Notes: generated by a model not told the origin, from the letters alone. A stretch of DNA of 64,000 bases from a bacterium (GCA_021851895.1 JAJZQJ010000004.1:9127-73126), one strand, 5' to 3'; shown: positions 1-10,167, counted from the stretch's first letter. Program-made: numbers and translations.

Positions 1-156
1 CTGTTCCAATGAGGGTAAAACCATTCTTTCTCTCCATGTATATATTATAATGGTGCGGCTTTTACTATACAAGTAGTAGTATTGCGTATTCAGAACGAAT
101 TTTCATAAGGTTGTCCCCAGTTGGACCGTTGTCGTTTTTGGCTGTATAAGTAGTGG

Positions 157-1122
157 ATGAAGAAGACGCTCCTTTATGGTATCTCTCTAATTTCAATCGT
201 GTTACTTATTCTCGTCGCAGCCTATGCTCGCAATGGGTTTTTAAAAAGCCATGATACTGAGTCGAAGGAGCATTCTTTCCTTGATGTATTCGAAGTCGAG
301 CAAGCAACTTATCCAAGCCCTGAGACGATCGATAAGACGGGGAGCAAAGAGGCGAGTTTCGACGATGAATTCTCTACGTCGACAGCGCACGTCACTTCGC
401 ATAATCCTGTTGCGGGGTATGTCGTTACGGCGACATCCTCTACGTCAGTACTTCGTGTGCCCGTAATGATCTATCACAGCGTGCGGCCGCATGTTTCTGA
501 AAGCTCGCTGCAGGATGCATACGATATCACTCCTGAGTTGCTTGCGCAGGAGATCGAGTTCTTGAAAGTGAATGGTTACACATGCATACGTTTTTCTGAT
601 CTTGTTGCCGCAATGGATGGTACAACGACCCTCCCCGCAAAGCCCGTCATCCTCTCTTTCGATGATGGATGGGAAAATCAGTATGTCTATGCATTTCCTA
701 TTCTCAAGAAATATAAAGTCCCAGGAACGTTTTTCATCTATACGAATCCTGTTGGTCGCAACCCGCATTGGATGACATGGTCACAGATCGTAGAGATGGA
801 TAGGGCAGGTATGGAGATAGGCGGCCATTCGCGTACACATCCGTATCTTACGAAGATCATCGATAATCATTTGCTCGACAAAGAGATCGCAGAACCAAAA
901 GCGATCATCGAGGCACACATTGGACACCCTATTTACGCATTTGCATACCCTTTTGGATTTTATAATGCGCGTGTGGTCGCTGCGGTGAAACGTGCGGGAT
1001 ATGTAGTCGCACGAAATGTGTTTAACGGTGTATGGCAAGACGCCGCACATCGCTATGAAGTGCGCGGTGCATTGTCGACCGATCGCATCACTGATTTCGA
1101 GCGATATCTTAAGATGCCATAA
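157..1122 (+). CDS. polysaccharide deacetylase family protein (NodB homology domain), N-terminal membrane anchor
   Basis: NodB-like motifs VPVMIYHSV, ILSFDDGWENQ, HSRTHPYL; TM helix at N-terminus; ATG at 157. Confidence 0.75.
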   Translation: MKKTLLYGISLISIVLLILVAAYARNGFLKSHDTESKEHSFLDVFEVEQATYPSPETIDKTGSKEASFDDEFSTSTAHVTSHNPVAGYVVTATSSTSVLRVPVMIYHSVRPHVSESSLQDAYDITPELLAQEIEFLKVNGYTCIRFSDLVAAMDGTTTLPAKPVILSFDDGWENQYVYAFPILKKYKVPGTFFIYTNPVGRNPHWMTWSQIVEMDRAGMEIGGHSRTHPYLTKIIDNHLLDKEIAEPKAIIEAHIGHPIYAFAYPFGFYNARVVAAVKRAGYVVARNVFNGVWQDAAHRYEVRGALSTDRITDFERYLKMP

Positions 1123-1123
1123 A

Positions 1124-1150
1124 GAAAACGCCCTTGGGCGTTTTCTTTAT
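1124..1150. terminator. bidirectional rho-independent terminator
   Basis: hairpin aaaacgcccttgggcgtttt flanked by A-run/T-run between convergent genes. Confidence 0.7.
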
Positions 1151-1653
1151 GGGATACAGCGACAGTTTGCATATTGTCCGCCTGAAGAAGGTTGGTTGTA
1201 CCCACCGCAGTCCGTGAATGGATATTTCGGTGGTACATAGGTGTAGAAGTGAATGATCGCTTTGATCGTACTTGTACAGAAATCGTTTCCTGACCCGGAA
1301 GTGTAGTCACCAAGGCGGTAATAATAGTAGTTGTCGTTTTGGAATACGAAAGGACGAGAGAGATAACCTCCACTCACGAGATTGTCCATGAATGGTGTCG
1401 ATGTTGATTGGCTGAGATCCGCCCAGCCATCGGAGCGCAGTGGTACGGGGTTTGGAAGTGTATCATTGTTGGAGTCGGCATAATTCATGATCGCGAGATA
1501 AAGCTGGTCCATCTCCGCAAATGCACGTGCGTCGCGTGCTTTGAGCCGCGCACTATTAAGCGTTGCGAGCACGACACTCGAAAGAAGAGAAATGATCGCG
1601 ATGACGACGAGCAATTCGATGAGGGTGAATCCGCGACGTGTTTTCATCTTCAT
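1147..1653 (-). CDS. type IV pilin-like protein (prepilin-type N-terminal cleavage/methylation domain)
   Basis: N-terminus MKMKTRRGFTLIELLVVIAIISLLSSVVLATL = class III signal peptide G|FTLIELL. Confidence 0.8.
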   Translation of the reverse strand: MKMKTRRGFTLIELLVVIAIISLLSSVVLATLNSARLKARDARAFAEMDQLYLAIMNYADSNNDTLPNPVPLRSDGWADLSQSTSTPFMDNLVSGGYLSRPFVFQNDNYYYYRLGDYTSGSGNDFCTSTIKAIIHFYTYVPPKYPFTDCGGYNQPSSGGQYANCRCIP

Positions 1654-1757
1654 ATTTTACCGTCCGACACTATATTTGCAACAGTATGGGCTTGATTTTC
1701 ATATCTCGATGTGGAGAATTCGTCAGTCGCAAAATATTCTCATGCTATGATGGAGTG

Positions 1758-2363
1758 ATGGAAAGTGATTCATACACACAGCATCATCCACATACGCTTG
1801 GAGATTATCTCTCGCGAGGGCTCGTGCTTTTCGTCTATCGTCTCGCAAGGATCATCTTTAGGTCTTCTTTCGCGGAACATACGCTCGTCTTGGAGGCAAC
1901 CCTTTCGTCGATGCAAACCTCCGCTGCGGCGCATGTACATTATGCAGCCATCCGTAATGTACGCGCGGACAGAGAGCGTATCGAAGAGCTTCTTGGCGAG
2001 GCAAGTGTTGAACACTTACATGTCCTAGTATTAAAGCGCATCACGGAGCTTTCATGGTATGGAAGACTCGCGATCTGGAAGATGCAATTCATCTATGTTC
2101 CGATCTATCGTTTACTGTATATGCTGTCGCCCTCAGCAGCACATCGCCTCATTGCATATAGTGAAGAGCGTCTCGCGGGTATCTATGCAGATTGGTTGCT
2201 AGCGCTCATGTGTGGTGCTGCGGAAAATAAGGATGCACCATCTTTAGCGATTCAATACTGGGAGCTTGAGGACGATGCGTCACTCATCGATGTTGTGAAT
2301 ATGTTTATTGCAGACACCGCGAAGCATCGCGATCACAATCACTTGATCGCGGATGGAGAATGA
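1758..2363 (+). CDS. hypothetical protein (start uncertain; ORF opens at 1638)
   Basis: ORF only; internal ATG at 1758 preceded by ggag; terminator follows. Confidence 0.4.
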   Translation: MESDSYTQHHPHTLGDYLSRGLVLFVYRLARIIFRSSFAEHTLVLEATLSSMQTSAAAHVHYAAIRNVRADRERIEELLGEASVEHLHVLVLKRITELSWYGRLAIWKMQFIYVPIYRLLYMLSPSAAHRLIAYSEERLAGIYADWLLALMCGAAENKDAPSLAIQYWELEDDASLIDVVNMFIADTAKHRDHNHLIADGE

Positions 2364-2395
2364 ATACTCACCTGAGTGTTCATTTTTTTTGTATA

Positions 2396-2430
2396 TGAAA
2401 AAGCGAGCGCAATGCGCTCGCTCGGTATAT
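2396..2430. terminator. bidirectional terminator hairpin
   Basis: agcgagcgcaatgcgctcgct palindrome flanked by A/T runs between convergent genes. Confidence 0.5.
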
Positions 2431-3968
2431 TATTTCGAATTTCTTGATCGGTTTTTATCCCGAATACCGCGTTCAGCGATAAAATCAGTGAGCTCTTCGG
2501 CAGCTTCGGGGTGGCGTCCATACACGCCAAGGGTGTCCCGAATCTCAATGAGCTCTTTCTTGTAGAACGCGTATTTGTTGTATCTGCTCTCCGCCTCCCA
2601 GGCGGTTTTCACGAAACGGATGAGCTGTCCGACATCAGGGGAGGAATCTCCTCTCTCGACTCGGTTGAGTCGATTTGCGATCTCGAGGCAAGTCCTCTGG
2701 ACTTCTGCGGGGAAGCGCTGGATCGCAAACTTGATCCGACTCCACTCCGGCTTTCCGGCGATATGCGTGCGCCCCTTACTGAACATCAGGAGGAGTGTAT
2801 ACATATAATCCGGATTGGTGACGAACTCCCAGGCGTGGTGCTCAGTGCGGTGAAACAGTTCGCCCAGCTCAGGGGTCATCTTCTTATCCGCGTGACGGAT
2901 GAGTGCAGCGAGCGTCTTTGCGAAACTAAGCTTCTCCGGCTCGAGCATCGACAAGAAGCGTTCTTTGGGGAGATTCAGAAAATATTGCCAGATCGCAGCT
3001 TGGTGCAGCATCGTGATATACGTGTAGTCGAAACTATATCCCTGTTTGCGTCGTTGGAGGAGCTCTATGTCCATGTGCTCCAACTTCCTTCCGAATAAAC
3101 TGATTGCTTCATCGGGCAATATGCTTGGCATGCGCCAAGCGACTGCATGAAGTGCGGTCACATTGCCCGGAAACTCGAAGAACGAGAACAGGGAAAGGAG
3201 GAGCAACTGCCGCTTCTCATCCCCCTTGTGGTCGTCGTGGAGGATCGAAAACATCGCAGCGCGGAGTTCGGGAAGTATTCCGTATGAGTGGATACTCGCG
3301 AGAAGCACATTGCTCGGAAAGAAGTTGCGGTATTGGAGCATGAGCTCACGCGCAGTACGAAGGAGGTCGTCAGGCATCGCGCTCTCGGTACGCGCAAGAG
3401 CGCAGAGCGCATGTCCCGCAAGATCCCAATGACCGATGAGGCTGAGTGCCGCACAGAGTCGTAGGAGCTTGGTCGATTCACGGTGCGCCGTCGTCCAATC
3501 ATTGAAATGTTCGAACGGGGCACCTCCATACTTGAGTATCTTCCCAATACGCTCGATGAAGATCTCGGGATAGATCTTATTCTCTGTGATGCGACCGAGT
3601 TCATCGTTGATGATTCCCCAAACCCCCGCGCCGTAGTTTTCAAAAGCGAGTTCGAAGGTCAGGGAGTCATATTCGGCATACAGCAGGGCGTTGCGAATGT
3701 GGAGGCCGATCGAAGTTTCGCCCTTTTCGACTGCGCCGATAGGGGTACGCTCCATCATTAGGCGGAGGATAAGTCCTCTCCATGTGTTCGGCTCCGCGAG
3801 CGTTGCCTCGAGAAGTTCTTCAAGCGGTGCCGCAAGGATGCGATCACCGACTTCGTTATAAGTCCCTATGAAAAAGGGATGGGAGGGTTTTTGGTCGACG
3901 GACATCGTCGCTCCTTGTGTGAGGCCAAAGGGAATTCCCTTCGGGCATAGAAAGAACGCCAGGGCCAT
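2430..3968 (-). CDS. hypothetical protein (alternative starts 4034 or 3905)
   Basis: long ORF; ATG at 3968 preceded by aaaggag RBS and an upstream TTGACG-16-TATAAC promoter; no recognisable domain. Confidence 0.55.
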   Translation of the reverse strand: MALAFFLCPKGIPFGLTQGATMSVDQKPSHPFFIGTYNEVGDRILAAPLEELLEATLAEPNTWRGLILRLMMERTPIGAVEKGETSIGLHIRNALLYAEYDSLTFELAFENYGAGVWGIINDELGRITENKIYPEIFIERIGKILKYGGAPFEHFNDWTTAHRESTKLLRLCAALSLIGHWDLAGHALCALARTESAMPDDLLRTARELMLQYRNFFPSNVLLASIHSYGILPELRAAMFSILHDDHKGDEKRQLLLLSLFSFFEFPGNVTALHAVAWRMPSILPDEAISLFGRKLEHMDIELLQRRKQGYSFDYTYITMLHQAAIWQYFLNLPKERFLSMLEPEKLSFAKTLAALIRHADKKMTPELGELFHRTEHHAWEFVTNPDYMYTLLLMFSKGRTHIAGKPEWSRIKFAIQRFPAEVQRTCLEIANRLNRVERGDSSPDVGQLIRFVKTAWEAESRYNKYAFYKKELIEIRDTLGVYGRHPEAAEELTDFIAERGIRDKNRSRNSK

Positions 3969-4001
3969 GCGCTCCTTTGAGCGTATGGATGGATTCCTTT
4001 T

Positions 4002-4056
4002 TGTTATAGCACTCTCTCCTCCCGCGTCAAACAAAAACCACCGATGGTGGTTAGTG
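4002..4056 (-). promoter_or_regulatory. capA terminator hairpin (aaccaccatcggtggtt) followed by sigma70-like promoter TTGACG-17-TATAAC
   Basis: read on minus strand from sequence. Confidence 0.4.
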
Positions 4057-4059
4057 TGT

Positions 4060-5190
4060 TCATTCCTCTGTGGTGAGTGAAAACGTGCATCCGTCGGGGC
4101 TGATGTTTGGCATCACACCGAGATATCCCGCACACCACTTATTTGCCTCAAGTGGGGAGAGAAATGTTGGTGTCGCATGTGTGATCGTGTATGGGTAGAT
4201 CATGAACTCTGCGCTCCCCGAGTAAAGGGTCATACCAACTCCCATACCCTCGTTTTCCTTTACTCCGATCTGGTCAAAGATGAAATTTCCAAGCGCATAG
4301 AAAATCGCATGCCCTTTGTAGTTTTCGACGTTCTCGACGACATGGGGATGATTGCCGATGATGACATCAGCACCTGCGTCGATCCATGTATGCGCGAGTG
4401 CCTTTTGTGTAGCATTTGCTCGGAGTGCATATTCGTCGCCCCAGTGGACGGTGACGAGAACGATATCATGCGTGCGTTTAAGATCGGCGATGAGTTGAGG
4501 TATGCCATCGAGCGGCATCGCTCCTATCGTTGCGTCGACTCCGACGATCGCAACACTCGTGCCATTCTCCATCGTCATGTCTACCCATGTGCGTGCTGTT
4601 GTTGGATAACCGGTGACGAATAGGCCCGCATCCTTGATATAACGCACGCTCTCATCGAGACCCTCTTGATTACAGTCGAGCATGTGGTTGTTTGCCATGG
4701 TGACTCCAGTGAAGTTCGCATCGCGCAAAAGAAGGGCGGTCGTCGTGGGGAATTGGAAGTTGAGCTCCTTTTGCTGACATACTTCACGCCGAATCGCCGT
4801 GATCGGTCCCTCAAGATTCAGCATGCGAATCGCATAGTCGCTCATGATGTCTACACTGCGGAGGCTAGAGAATGGATCAACACCGTTATCGATGTTCTTT
4901 CGCACACCTCTGTCGAACATCGCATCGCCGAAGTGTAAGATCTTCACGGGATTGAAGTTCACTCCATGCTTTTTGACTGCGAGTACTGTGGATGTCGCTG
5001 GTGTGCTTGTTGGTAGGACATCATCAACGATCGGCGCCGACGACGTTGCCGCGAGCATGCCCCCGGTGAATGTCCGTGTGCCCGTATGGCCAGCCACCTT
5101 GCTCCATGCGGAGGAGAATATGAATACATTGATCACTGATGTGATCACGATGAGTAGGCCGATATAGAAGTGGTGCTTGCGACCGTGCAT
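4060..5190 (-). CDS. CapA/PgsA-family metallophosphatase (poly-gamma-glutamate synthesis-like), membrane anchored
   Basis: motifs VTVHWGDEY and GADVIIGNHPHV typical of the CapA family; N-terminal TM segment. Confidence 0.7.
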   Translation of the reverse strand: MHGRKHHFYIGLLIVITSVINVFIFSSAWSKVAGHTGTRTFTGGMLAATSSAPIVDDVLPTSTPATSTVLAVKKHGVNFNPVKILHFGDAMFDRGVRKNIDNGVDPFSSLRSVDIMSDYAIRMLNLEGPITAIRREVCQQKELNFQFPTTTALLLRDANFTGVTMANNHMLDCNQEGLDESVRYIKDAGLFVTGYPTTARTWVDMTMENGTSVAIVGVDATIGAMPLDGIPQLIADLKRTHDIVLVTVHWGDEYALRANATQKALAHTWIDAGADVIIGNHPHVVENVENYKGHAIFYALGNFIFDQIGVKENEGMGVGMTLYSGSAEFMIYPYTITHATPTFLSPLEANKWCAGYLGVMPNISPDGCTFSLTTEE

Positions 5191-5269
5191 GAAATCATAG
5201 TACCTCTAATTAACAAAGAGTAAAGTAAACAGTTATTGCAAAAGAGGACCATTCTAGTACTATGAGCTC

Positions 5270-6349
5270 ATGATATCCCTAGATGATTATGATTACGATC
5301 TTCCGCAGGAACATATCGCGAAGGATCCCGCGCAGCCACGAGAGAGCGCACGTCTTTTCGTATACAACACGGCAACTGATGAGATCTCCTTTGATACGTT
5401 TGCGAATATAAGGCAGTATCTTCCGAAAGACACACTTCTTGTATTCAATAATACTCGCGTCATCCCCGCACGCCTTTGGCTTAAAAAGGAGACTGGAGGG
5501 AAGATCGAGGTCTTGCTCATGATGAATGAATACCGTGCTGGCGATGCGCTCATCAAGGGTGTTGTGGATCGCAAGATCACGAAGGGTGCGAAATTGTATT
5601 TTAGGAATGGTGCATGGCTCGAAGTCGATCACCAGGAAGAGCAGTATTTTTTCTTTAAGCCCAGCTTCTCTATGCCTGAGATATGGACATTGCTCGATGA
5701 CGAAGGAGTCACCCCGATACCTCCATATATAAAAGGGTCTTCGCTCAATGAAAAGGCATTGCGCGAAGAATATCAAAGCGTACTTGCAAAGGTGCCTGCG
5801 TCGGTCGCCGCACCGACCGCATCGTTGCATTTCTCCGATGTCCTCCTTGGTGAGCTTGAGGAGAAAGGTGTACAGCGTGCAGAGGTCACACTCCATGTTG
5901 GCGCAGGAACGTTTGCTCCGATCGGGCCAGAGAATTTCGCATCGAAGAAGTTGTTCACTGAATATTTTTCGGTAGACGATGAGAATGCAGAGAAGATCAA
6001 TATTGCAAAAGCTGATCGCGTATCGGTGATTCCCGTAGGGACCACGGCACTACGCACATTGGAGTCTGCTGCGGTGATCGATCATATCGACGAGCGCGGT
6101 GAAACCCACTACAAAATCGCGGTCGAGCATGGCAAGCCGACGGACATCTTTGTCTATCCACCGTATGATTTCAAGATCGCCGATGCGCTCATCACGAATT
6201 TTCATGTTCCACGCTCATCACTCATGCTCCTCGTGGACGCGATGCTTGAAGCGAAAGGTGCAAAGCGTCGCATCAAAGAGCTCTATGCGATCGCAATGAA
6301 AGAAAACTTTCGTTTCTACTCATTTGGTGATGGAATGCTGATCTTGTGA
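5270..6349 (+). CDS. queA: S-adenosylmethionine:tRNA ribosyltransferase-isomerase
   Basis: N-terminus MISLDDYDYDLPQEHIA, LLVFNNTRVIPARL, TTALRTLES, YSFGDGMLI all match QueA. Confidence 0.8.
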   Translation: MISLDDYDYDLPQEHIAKDPAQPRESARLFVYNTATDEISFDTFANIRQYLPKDTLLVFNNTRVIPARLWLKKETGGKIEVLLMMNEYRAGDALIKGVVDRKITKGAKLYFRNGAWLEVDHQEEQYFFFKPSFSMPEIWTLLDDEGVTPIPPYIKGSSLNEKALREEYQSVLAKVPASVAAPTASLHFSDVLLGELEEKGVQRAEVTLHVGAGTFAPIGPENFASKKLFTEYFSVDDENAEKINIAKADRVSVIPVGTTALRTLESAAVIDHIDERGETHYKIAVEHGKPTDIFVYPPYDFKIADALITNFHVPRSSLMLLVDAMLEAKGAKRRIKELYAIAMKENFRFYSFGDGMLIL

Positions 6350-6478
6350 GTTTTCGAAAGGACGCCCTCTGTGGCGTTTTTTCTTTACTTTGCATATGAA
6401 GAGTGCTACTATGCGCGCAGAATTTTTCGCATTGAGTTTTCTTGATGCGTCCGCATAAGTGCGGGGGAGGTAAGAGCA

Positions 6479-7066
6479 ATGCGCATTGCCGCCACCCTTG
6501 GTGTCGATGAAGGATCTCGCGTGGCTCGCACGATCGTGTCTGCGATCAACGAAGCGAAGTCGTGCCCCGAGCAGACCGCGAACTTCAATTGTCTTGGGGT
6601 GACCATCGCGGTCAACCCCGATTCCGTACCGCGACTGATCTTTGACGAATTTCTCCGTGTCCTCAACGGGCGCCTCGAAGGGGTGGTCGGTCCATACCCA
6701 ATCGATATCCCCATCGAAGACCTTTCTGTGCCTTCTTTGCGTGCGCGCATAGAAGCGGAGCTTGCGTTCGCGGAGCCCATGGCCGTCAATAGTGAGCCCG
6801 CATGGACCGAGTTCAAGACGATGAATCGGGATGTCTGCGGATACGCCCAAAGCATGGTTGAGTATATCGAGCGATGGGCTCGATTGATGCAGGTGCGGAT
6901 ACGCGCGGGGCAGAAGATTGAAGACGTAGCCATCGGTGCCTCGTATGAGGCAGATTTCGATGGTATCCGTCTGCTCGTGTTTCAGCGAGCTATGGTCGAG
7001 CTTTCTTTGCACTGGAAATTCGGTAAGGAACTTCTGCGCGAGCGGTGGCGTGGCCTCTATTGGTAA
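6479..7066 (+). CDS. hypothetical protein
   Basis: strong RBS gggggaggtaagagcaATG; terminator after queA upstream; own terminator downstream. Confidence 0.5.
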   Translation: MRIAATLGVDEGSRVARTIVSAINEAKSCPEQTANFNCLGVTIAVNPDSVPRLIFDEFLRVLNGRLEGVVGPYPIDIPIEDLSVPSLRARIEAELAFAEPMAVNSEPAWTEFKTMNRDVCGYAQSMVEYIERWARLMQVRIRAGQKIEDVAIGASYEADFDGIRLLVFQRAMVELSLHWKFGKELLRERWRGLYW

Positions 7067-7073
7067 ACAACGC

Positions 7074-7110
7074 AAAACTCTGTTAGGCATAGCCTTGGCA
7101 GAGTTTTTTA
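7074..7110 (+). terminator. rho-independent terminator
   Basis: stem ctctg...cagag followed by ttttt. Confidence 0.6.
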
Positions 7111-7244
7111 TAAATACGGCTCTGCGTAGTCATATTTTCCTATGTCCTTGAGTAGTGGGGTGCCCCATTCTTAAGGACATGTGGTCCAATACTATACTTT
7201 GCTGAAAAAAATCAATAAATAGTGCTAAATAAGGCTAAAATCGA

Positions 7245-7273
7245 TTGACAAAAGTAAAATTTGAGAGTAGTAT
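7245..7273 (+). promoter_or_regulatory. sigma70-like promoter TTGACA-17-TAGTAT upstream of rpsS, followed by a ~300-nt leader
   Basis: consensus hexamers read from sequence; leader contains a tandem 14-mer (7411-7438) and a perfect palindrome agaaggcatatgccttct (7538-7556). Confidence 0.45.
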
Positions 7274-7578
7274 CGAATCCAAGCTAATTGAATAAGGAAA
7301 TTTCTACGCCGTGGGAGGATCAGGGGCGCTAGATTTTCTATGTCAATACGCGGTCGAGTAGTGCATGGGAGATAGGATGTAGGTGCTAGTGAATGCAATT
7401 TGTATTTCACTATTCCCTATACCCTATTCCCTATACCCTCGGCATTTAATAGTATCGTTAAACTCCGCATCTTCTTAGAGAAGCTATACGACATCCTCCC
7501 TCGTGTCGGTGATCCTTCGTAAGATTCGGCAGGAACATACAGGGAGAAGGCATATGCCTTCTACCTTCAATCAACAAC

Positions 7579-7923
7579 ATGACGCGTTCACTTAAAAAGG
7601 GTCCTTACGTCTACGATCGCCTCCTCAAGAAAATCGAGGGGAAGCGTCCAGAAGACATGGGGGTCATCAAGACTTGGGCACGTGCGTCGGTCATCTCACC
7701 AGAGATGCTCAACTTCACGTTCGGTGTCCACAATGGAAAGGACTTCATCGAAGTCAAGGTTACTGAGGATATGATCGGACATCGCTTTGGCGAGTTCTCT
7801 CAGACTCGTAAGTTTACAAGACACGGAGGTAAGATGCAGAAGGAGCTCGAGCAGAAGCAGAAGCTCGCTGAGGTAGCTGCAGCAAAGGCAGCAAAGGCTT
7901 CCGGTGATGCTAAGAAGAAGTAA
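7579..7923 (+). CDS. rpsS: 30S ribosomal protein S19 with Lys/Ala-rich C-terminal extension
   Basis: MTRSLKKGPYVYDRLLKKIE...HNGKDFIEV...GHRFGEF matches S19. Confidence 0.9.
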   Translation: MTRSLKKGPYVYDRLLKKIEGKRPEDMGVIKTWARASVISPEMLNFTFGVHNGKDFIEVKVTEDMIGHRFGEFSQTRKFTRHGGKMQKELEQKQKLAEVAAAKAAKASGDAKKK

Positions 7924-7931
7924 AGACGCAT

Positions 7932-8402
7932 ATGCAATACGCAACAGCAAAACTCTCTGCTTATCGCACATCACCTCGTAAGATGGGTCTCGTCGCGGGT
8001 CTCATCCGTGGCATGAAGGCATCACAAGCAGCAGCTGAACTCGAGCATTGTGCAAAGCGCGCAGCTCCAGTCATCGGCAAGCTCCTTGCATCAGCAGTCG
8101 CTAACGCAAAGGCGCTCGGCATGAATGTCGACGCACTTCGCGTCGTCGAGGTCCGTGTAGACAAAGGTTCGGTACTCAAGCGCTCAATGCCACGTGCATA
8201 TGGTCGCGCATATCCGATCCACAAGCACACGAGCCATGTCATCATTAAGCTCGCAGAAGACGTTGCAGCGATCAAGCCAGCAACGAAGGAAACAAAGGCA
8301 GTAAAGGAGGTCAAGGAGACGAAGGTCGCCAAGAAGACCACCGCAAAGAAGGAGGCTAAGGTCGACGCCCCAGCAAAGAAGACCGTAAAGAAGACAAAGT
8401 AA
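7932..8402 (+). CDS. rplV: 50S ribosomal protein L22 with Lys-rich C-terminal tail
   Basis: conserved L22 core then KETKAVKEVKETKVAKK tail. Confidence 0.9.
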   Translation: MQYATAKLSAYRTSPRKMGLVAGLIRGMKASQAAAELEHCAKRAAPVIGKLLASAVANAKALGMNVDALRVVEVRVDKGSVLKRSMPRAYGRAYPIHKHTSHVIIKLAEDVAAIKPATKETKAVKEVKETKVAKKTTAKKEAKVDAPAKKTVKKTK

Positions 8403-8403
8403 T

Positions 8404-9219
8404 ATGTCACATCACGTACATCCCTATGCACACCGCCTTGGCACCATCCGCGGATGGCAGTCACGTTGGTTCGCAGACAACAACAAGGGTGATTACCAGG
8501 CAAATCTTCGCGCCGATGTCCTCCTTCGCCAGTACTTGGAGAAGCGACTTCGCGGCATGCACATTGCAGCGATCGAAATGGAGCGCAATGAGAAGCAGTG
8601 GAAGGTCATCATCAAGACGGGCCGCCCAGGTTTCGTCATCGGCCGTCAGGGCGAGGGCGCAACGAAGCTCAAGGCAGACATTCTCAGCAAGTGTGCACGT
8701 TGGAAGCTCAAGGCTCCAAAGGACATTCGCATCGAGATCGAGGAGGTGCGCACACCAGAGGCAAATGCAGCGATCGTTTCACAGATGGTTGCAGAGGGTC
8801 TTGAGAAGCGCCTTCCTTTCAAGCGTGTCATCAAGCAGACACTCGAGCGTGTTATGCAGACCTATGGCGTTAAGGGAGCTCGCATCGAGATCTCGGGTCG
8901 CTTGGGTGGTGCAGAAATGTCACGTCGCGAATTCGTGAAGGGAGGAAACCTTCCTCTCCAGACGATCCGCGCAGACGTTGAGTTCGCACGCGAGAAGGCA
9001 TACATGACTTACGGAGTCATCGGTATCCAGGTTTGGATTTATAAGGGTGAGGTCTTCGATGGTATGGAGCAGCGCGAAGAGCGCGCACCACGCCGTGATG
9101 ACAATCGTCGCGATGGTCGTCGCGATGGCCGTCCAGCACGTGATTCGCGCGGTCCCCGCGCACCACGCGCAGGGGCACCACGCGCGCCACGTGCACCACG
9201 TGCAGCAGCAACTAATTAA
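8404..9219 (+). CDS. rpsC: 30S ribosomal protein S3 with Arg-rich C-terminal tail
   Basis: KH/S3-C domain GRLGGAEMSRREFVKGG...; tail RRDDNRRDGRRDGRPARDSRGPRAPRAGAPRAPRAPR. Confidence 0.9.
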   Translation: MSHHVHPYAHRLGTIRGWQSRWFADNNKGDYQANLRADVLLRQYLEKRLRGMHIAAIEMERNEKQWKVIIKTGRPGFVIGRQGEGATKLKADILSKCARWKLKAPKDIRIEIEEVRTPEANAAIVSQMVAEGLEKRLPFKRVIKQTLERVMQTYGVKGARIEISGRLGGAEMSRREFVKGGNLPLQTIRADVEFAREKAYMTYGVIGIQVWIYKGEVFDGMEQREERAPRRDDNRRDGRRDGRPARDSRGPRAPRAGAPRAPRAPRAAATN

Positions 9220-9227
9220 TTCGGCAT

Positions 9228-9650
9228 ATGTTATTTCCGAAGAAGGTCAAGCATCGCAAATGGCAGAGTAACCGTTGGAACCCACGCTTCACGCATACGG
9301 AGTCACGCGGTATCACACTCGCATACGGTGCATATGGTTTGAAGGCTGAGTCCGCAGCGCGTATCACCTCGAATCAGATCGAGGCAGCACGCCGCGTGCT
9401 CTCACGCACGATCGGCAAGACTGGCCGTATCTTTATCCGCATCTTCCCTGATCGTCCATACACCGCAAAGGGTGCAGAGACGCCGATGGGTAAGGGAAAG
9501 GGAGATCCGCAGGGCTTCGTTTGCGAAGTGCTTCCGGGTCGTGTCCTCTTTGAGCTCGATGGAGTTACTCCAGAGATCGCTAAGGAGGCAGTGCGTAAGG
9601 CAGGCACGAAGCTCGCCGTCCGCTCTCGTTTCATCACTCGCGTAATCTAA
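9228..9650 (+). CDS. rplP: 50S ribosomal protein L16
   Basis: MLFPKKVKHRKWQ...QIEAARRVLSR...MGKGKGDPQGFV. Confidence 0.9.
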   Translation: MLFPKKVKHRKWQSNRWNPRFTHTESRGITLAYGAYGLKAESAARITSNQIEAARRVLSRTIGKTGRIFIRIFPDRPYTAKGAETPMGKGKGDPQGFVCEVLPGRVLFELDGVTPEIAKEAVRKAGTKLAVRSRFITRVI

Positions 9651-9655
9651 ATCAT

Positions 9656-9844
9656 ATGAAGAAATACGCAGAAATTTCAAAGTTCACTTCCTCTGAGATC
9701 ACGAAGGAGCTCGCAGAGGTTCGCCTCAAGCTCCGCGAATTTCGTGTCGGTATGGCAGGAAGTCGCGTGAAGAACGTCAAGGAGGGCCGTGTGCTTCGCA
9801 AGACGATCGCACGTTTGTTAACCGCACGTAAGGGTGCCAACTAA
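9656..9844 (+). CDS. rpmC: 50S ribosomal protein L29
   Basis: size, position and helical L29 pattern. Confidence 0.85.
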   Translation: MKKYAEISKFTSSEITKELAEVRLKLREFRVGMAGSRVKNVKEGRVLRKTIARLLTARKGAN

Positions 9845-9846
9845 AT

Positions 9847-10140
9847 ATGGAAAACACAAAAAAGCAATCACTCAATGGTGTTGTTGTTTCCGACAAGATG
9901 GACAAGACACGCGTTGTCTTGGTCACCCGTTACGAGCAGCACCCAAAGTACAAGAAGTACGTGAAGCTCCAGAAGCGCTACAAGGCGCATGATGCAACGA
10001 ACACCTACAAGGTAGGTGACAAGGTGCGCATGGAGGCTATCGCTCCGATCTCTCGCCACAAGCAGTTCGCTATCGTCGAGAAGCTCGGTCACCAGGATGT
10101 CGAGCAGTACCTCAAGGTACGTGCACAGGCACACAATTAA
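9847..10140 (+). CDS. rpsQ: 30S ribosomal protein S17
   Basis: GVVVSDKMDKTRVVLVTR...HPKYKKY matches S17. Confidence 0.9.
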   Translation: MENTKKQSLNGVVVSDKMDKTRVVLVTRYEQHPKYKKYVKLQKRYKAHDATNTYKVGDKVRMEAIAPISRHKQFAIVEKLGHQDVEQYLKVRAQAHN

Positions 10141-10167
10141 TTATCCGCAAGCTTAAATTGAAATCTT

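Noticed and set aside
6320-7090. 256-aa minus-strand ORF overlapping the + strand 6479..7066 gene
   Set aside because: Arg/His-rich antisense-type composition, no RBS. The + strand ORF has a strong gggggagg RBS and flanking terminators.
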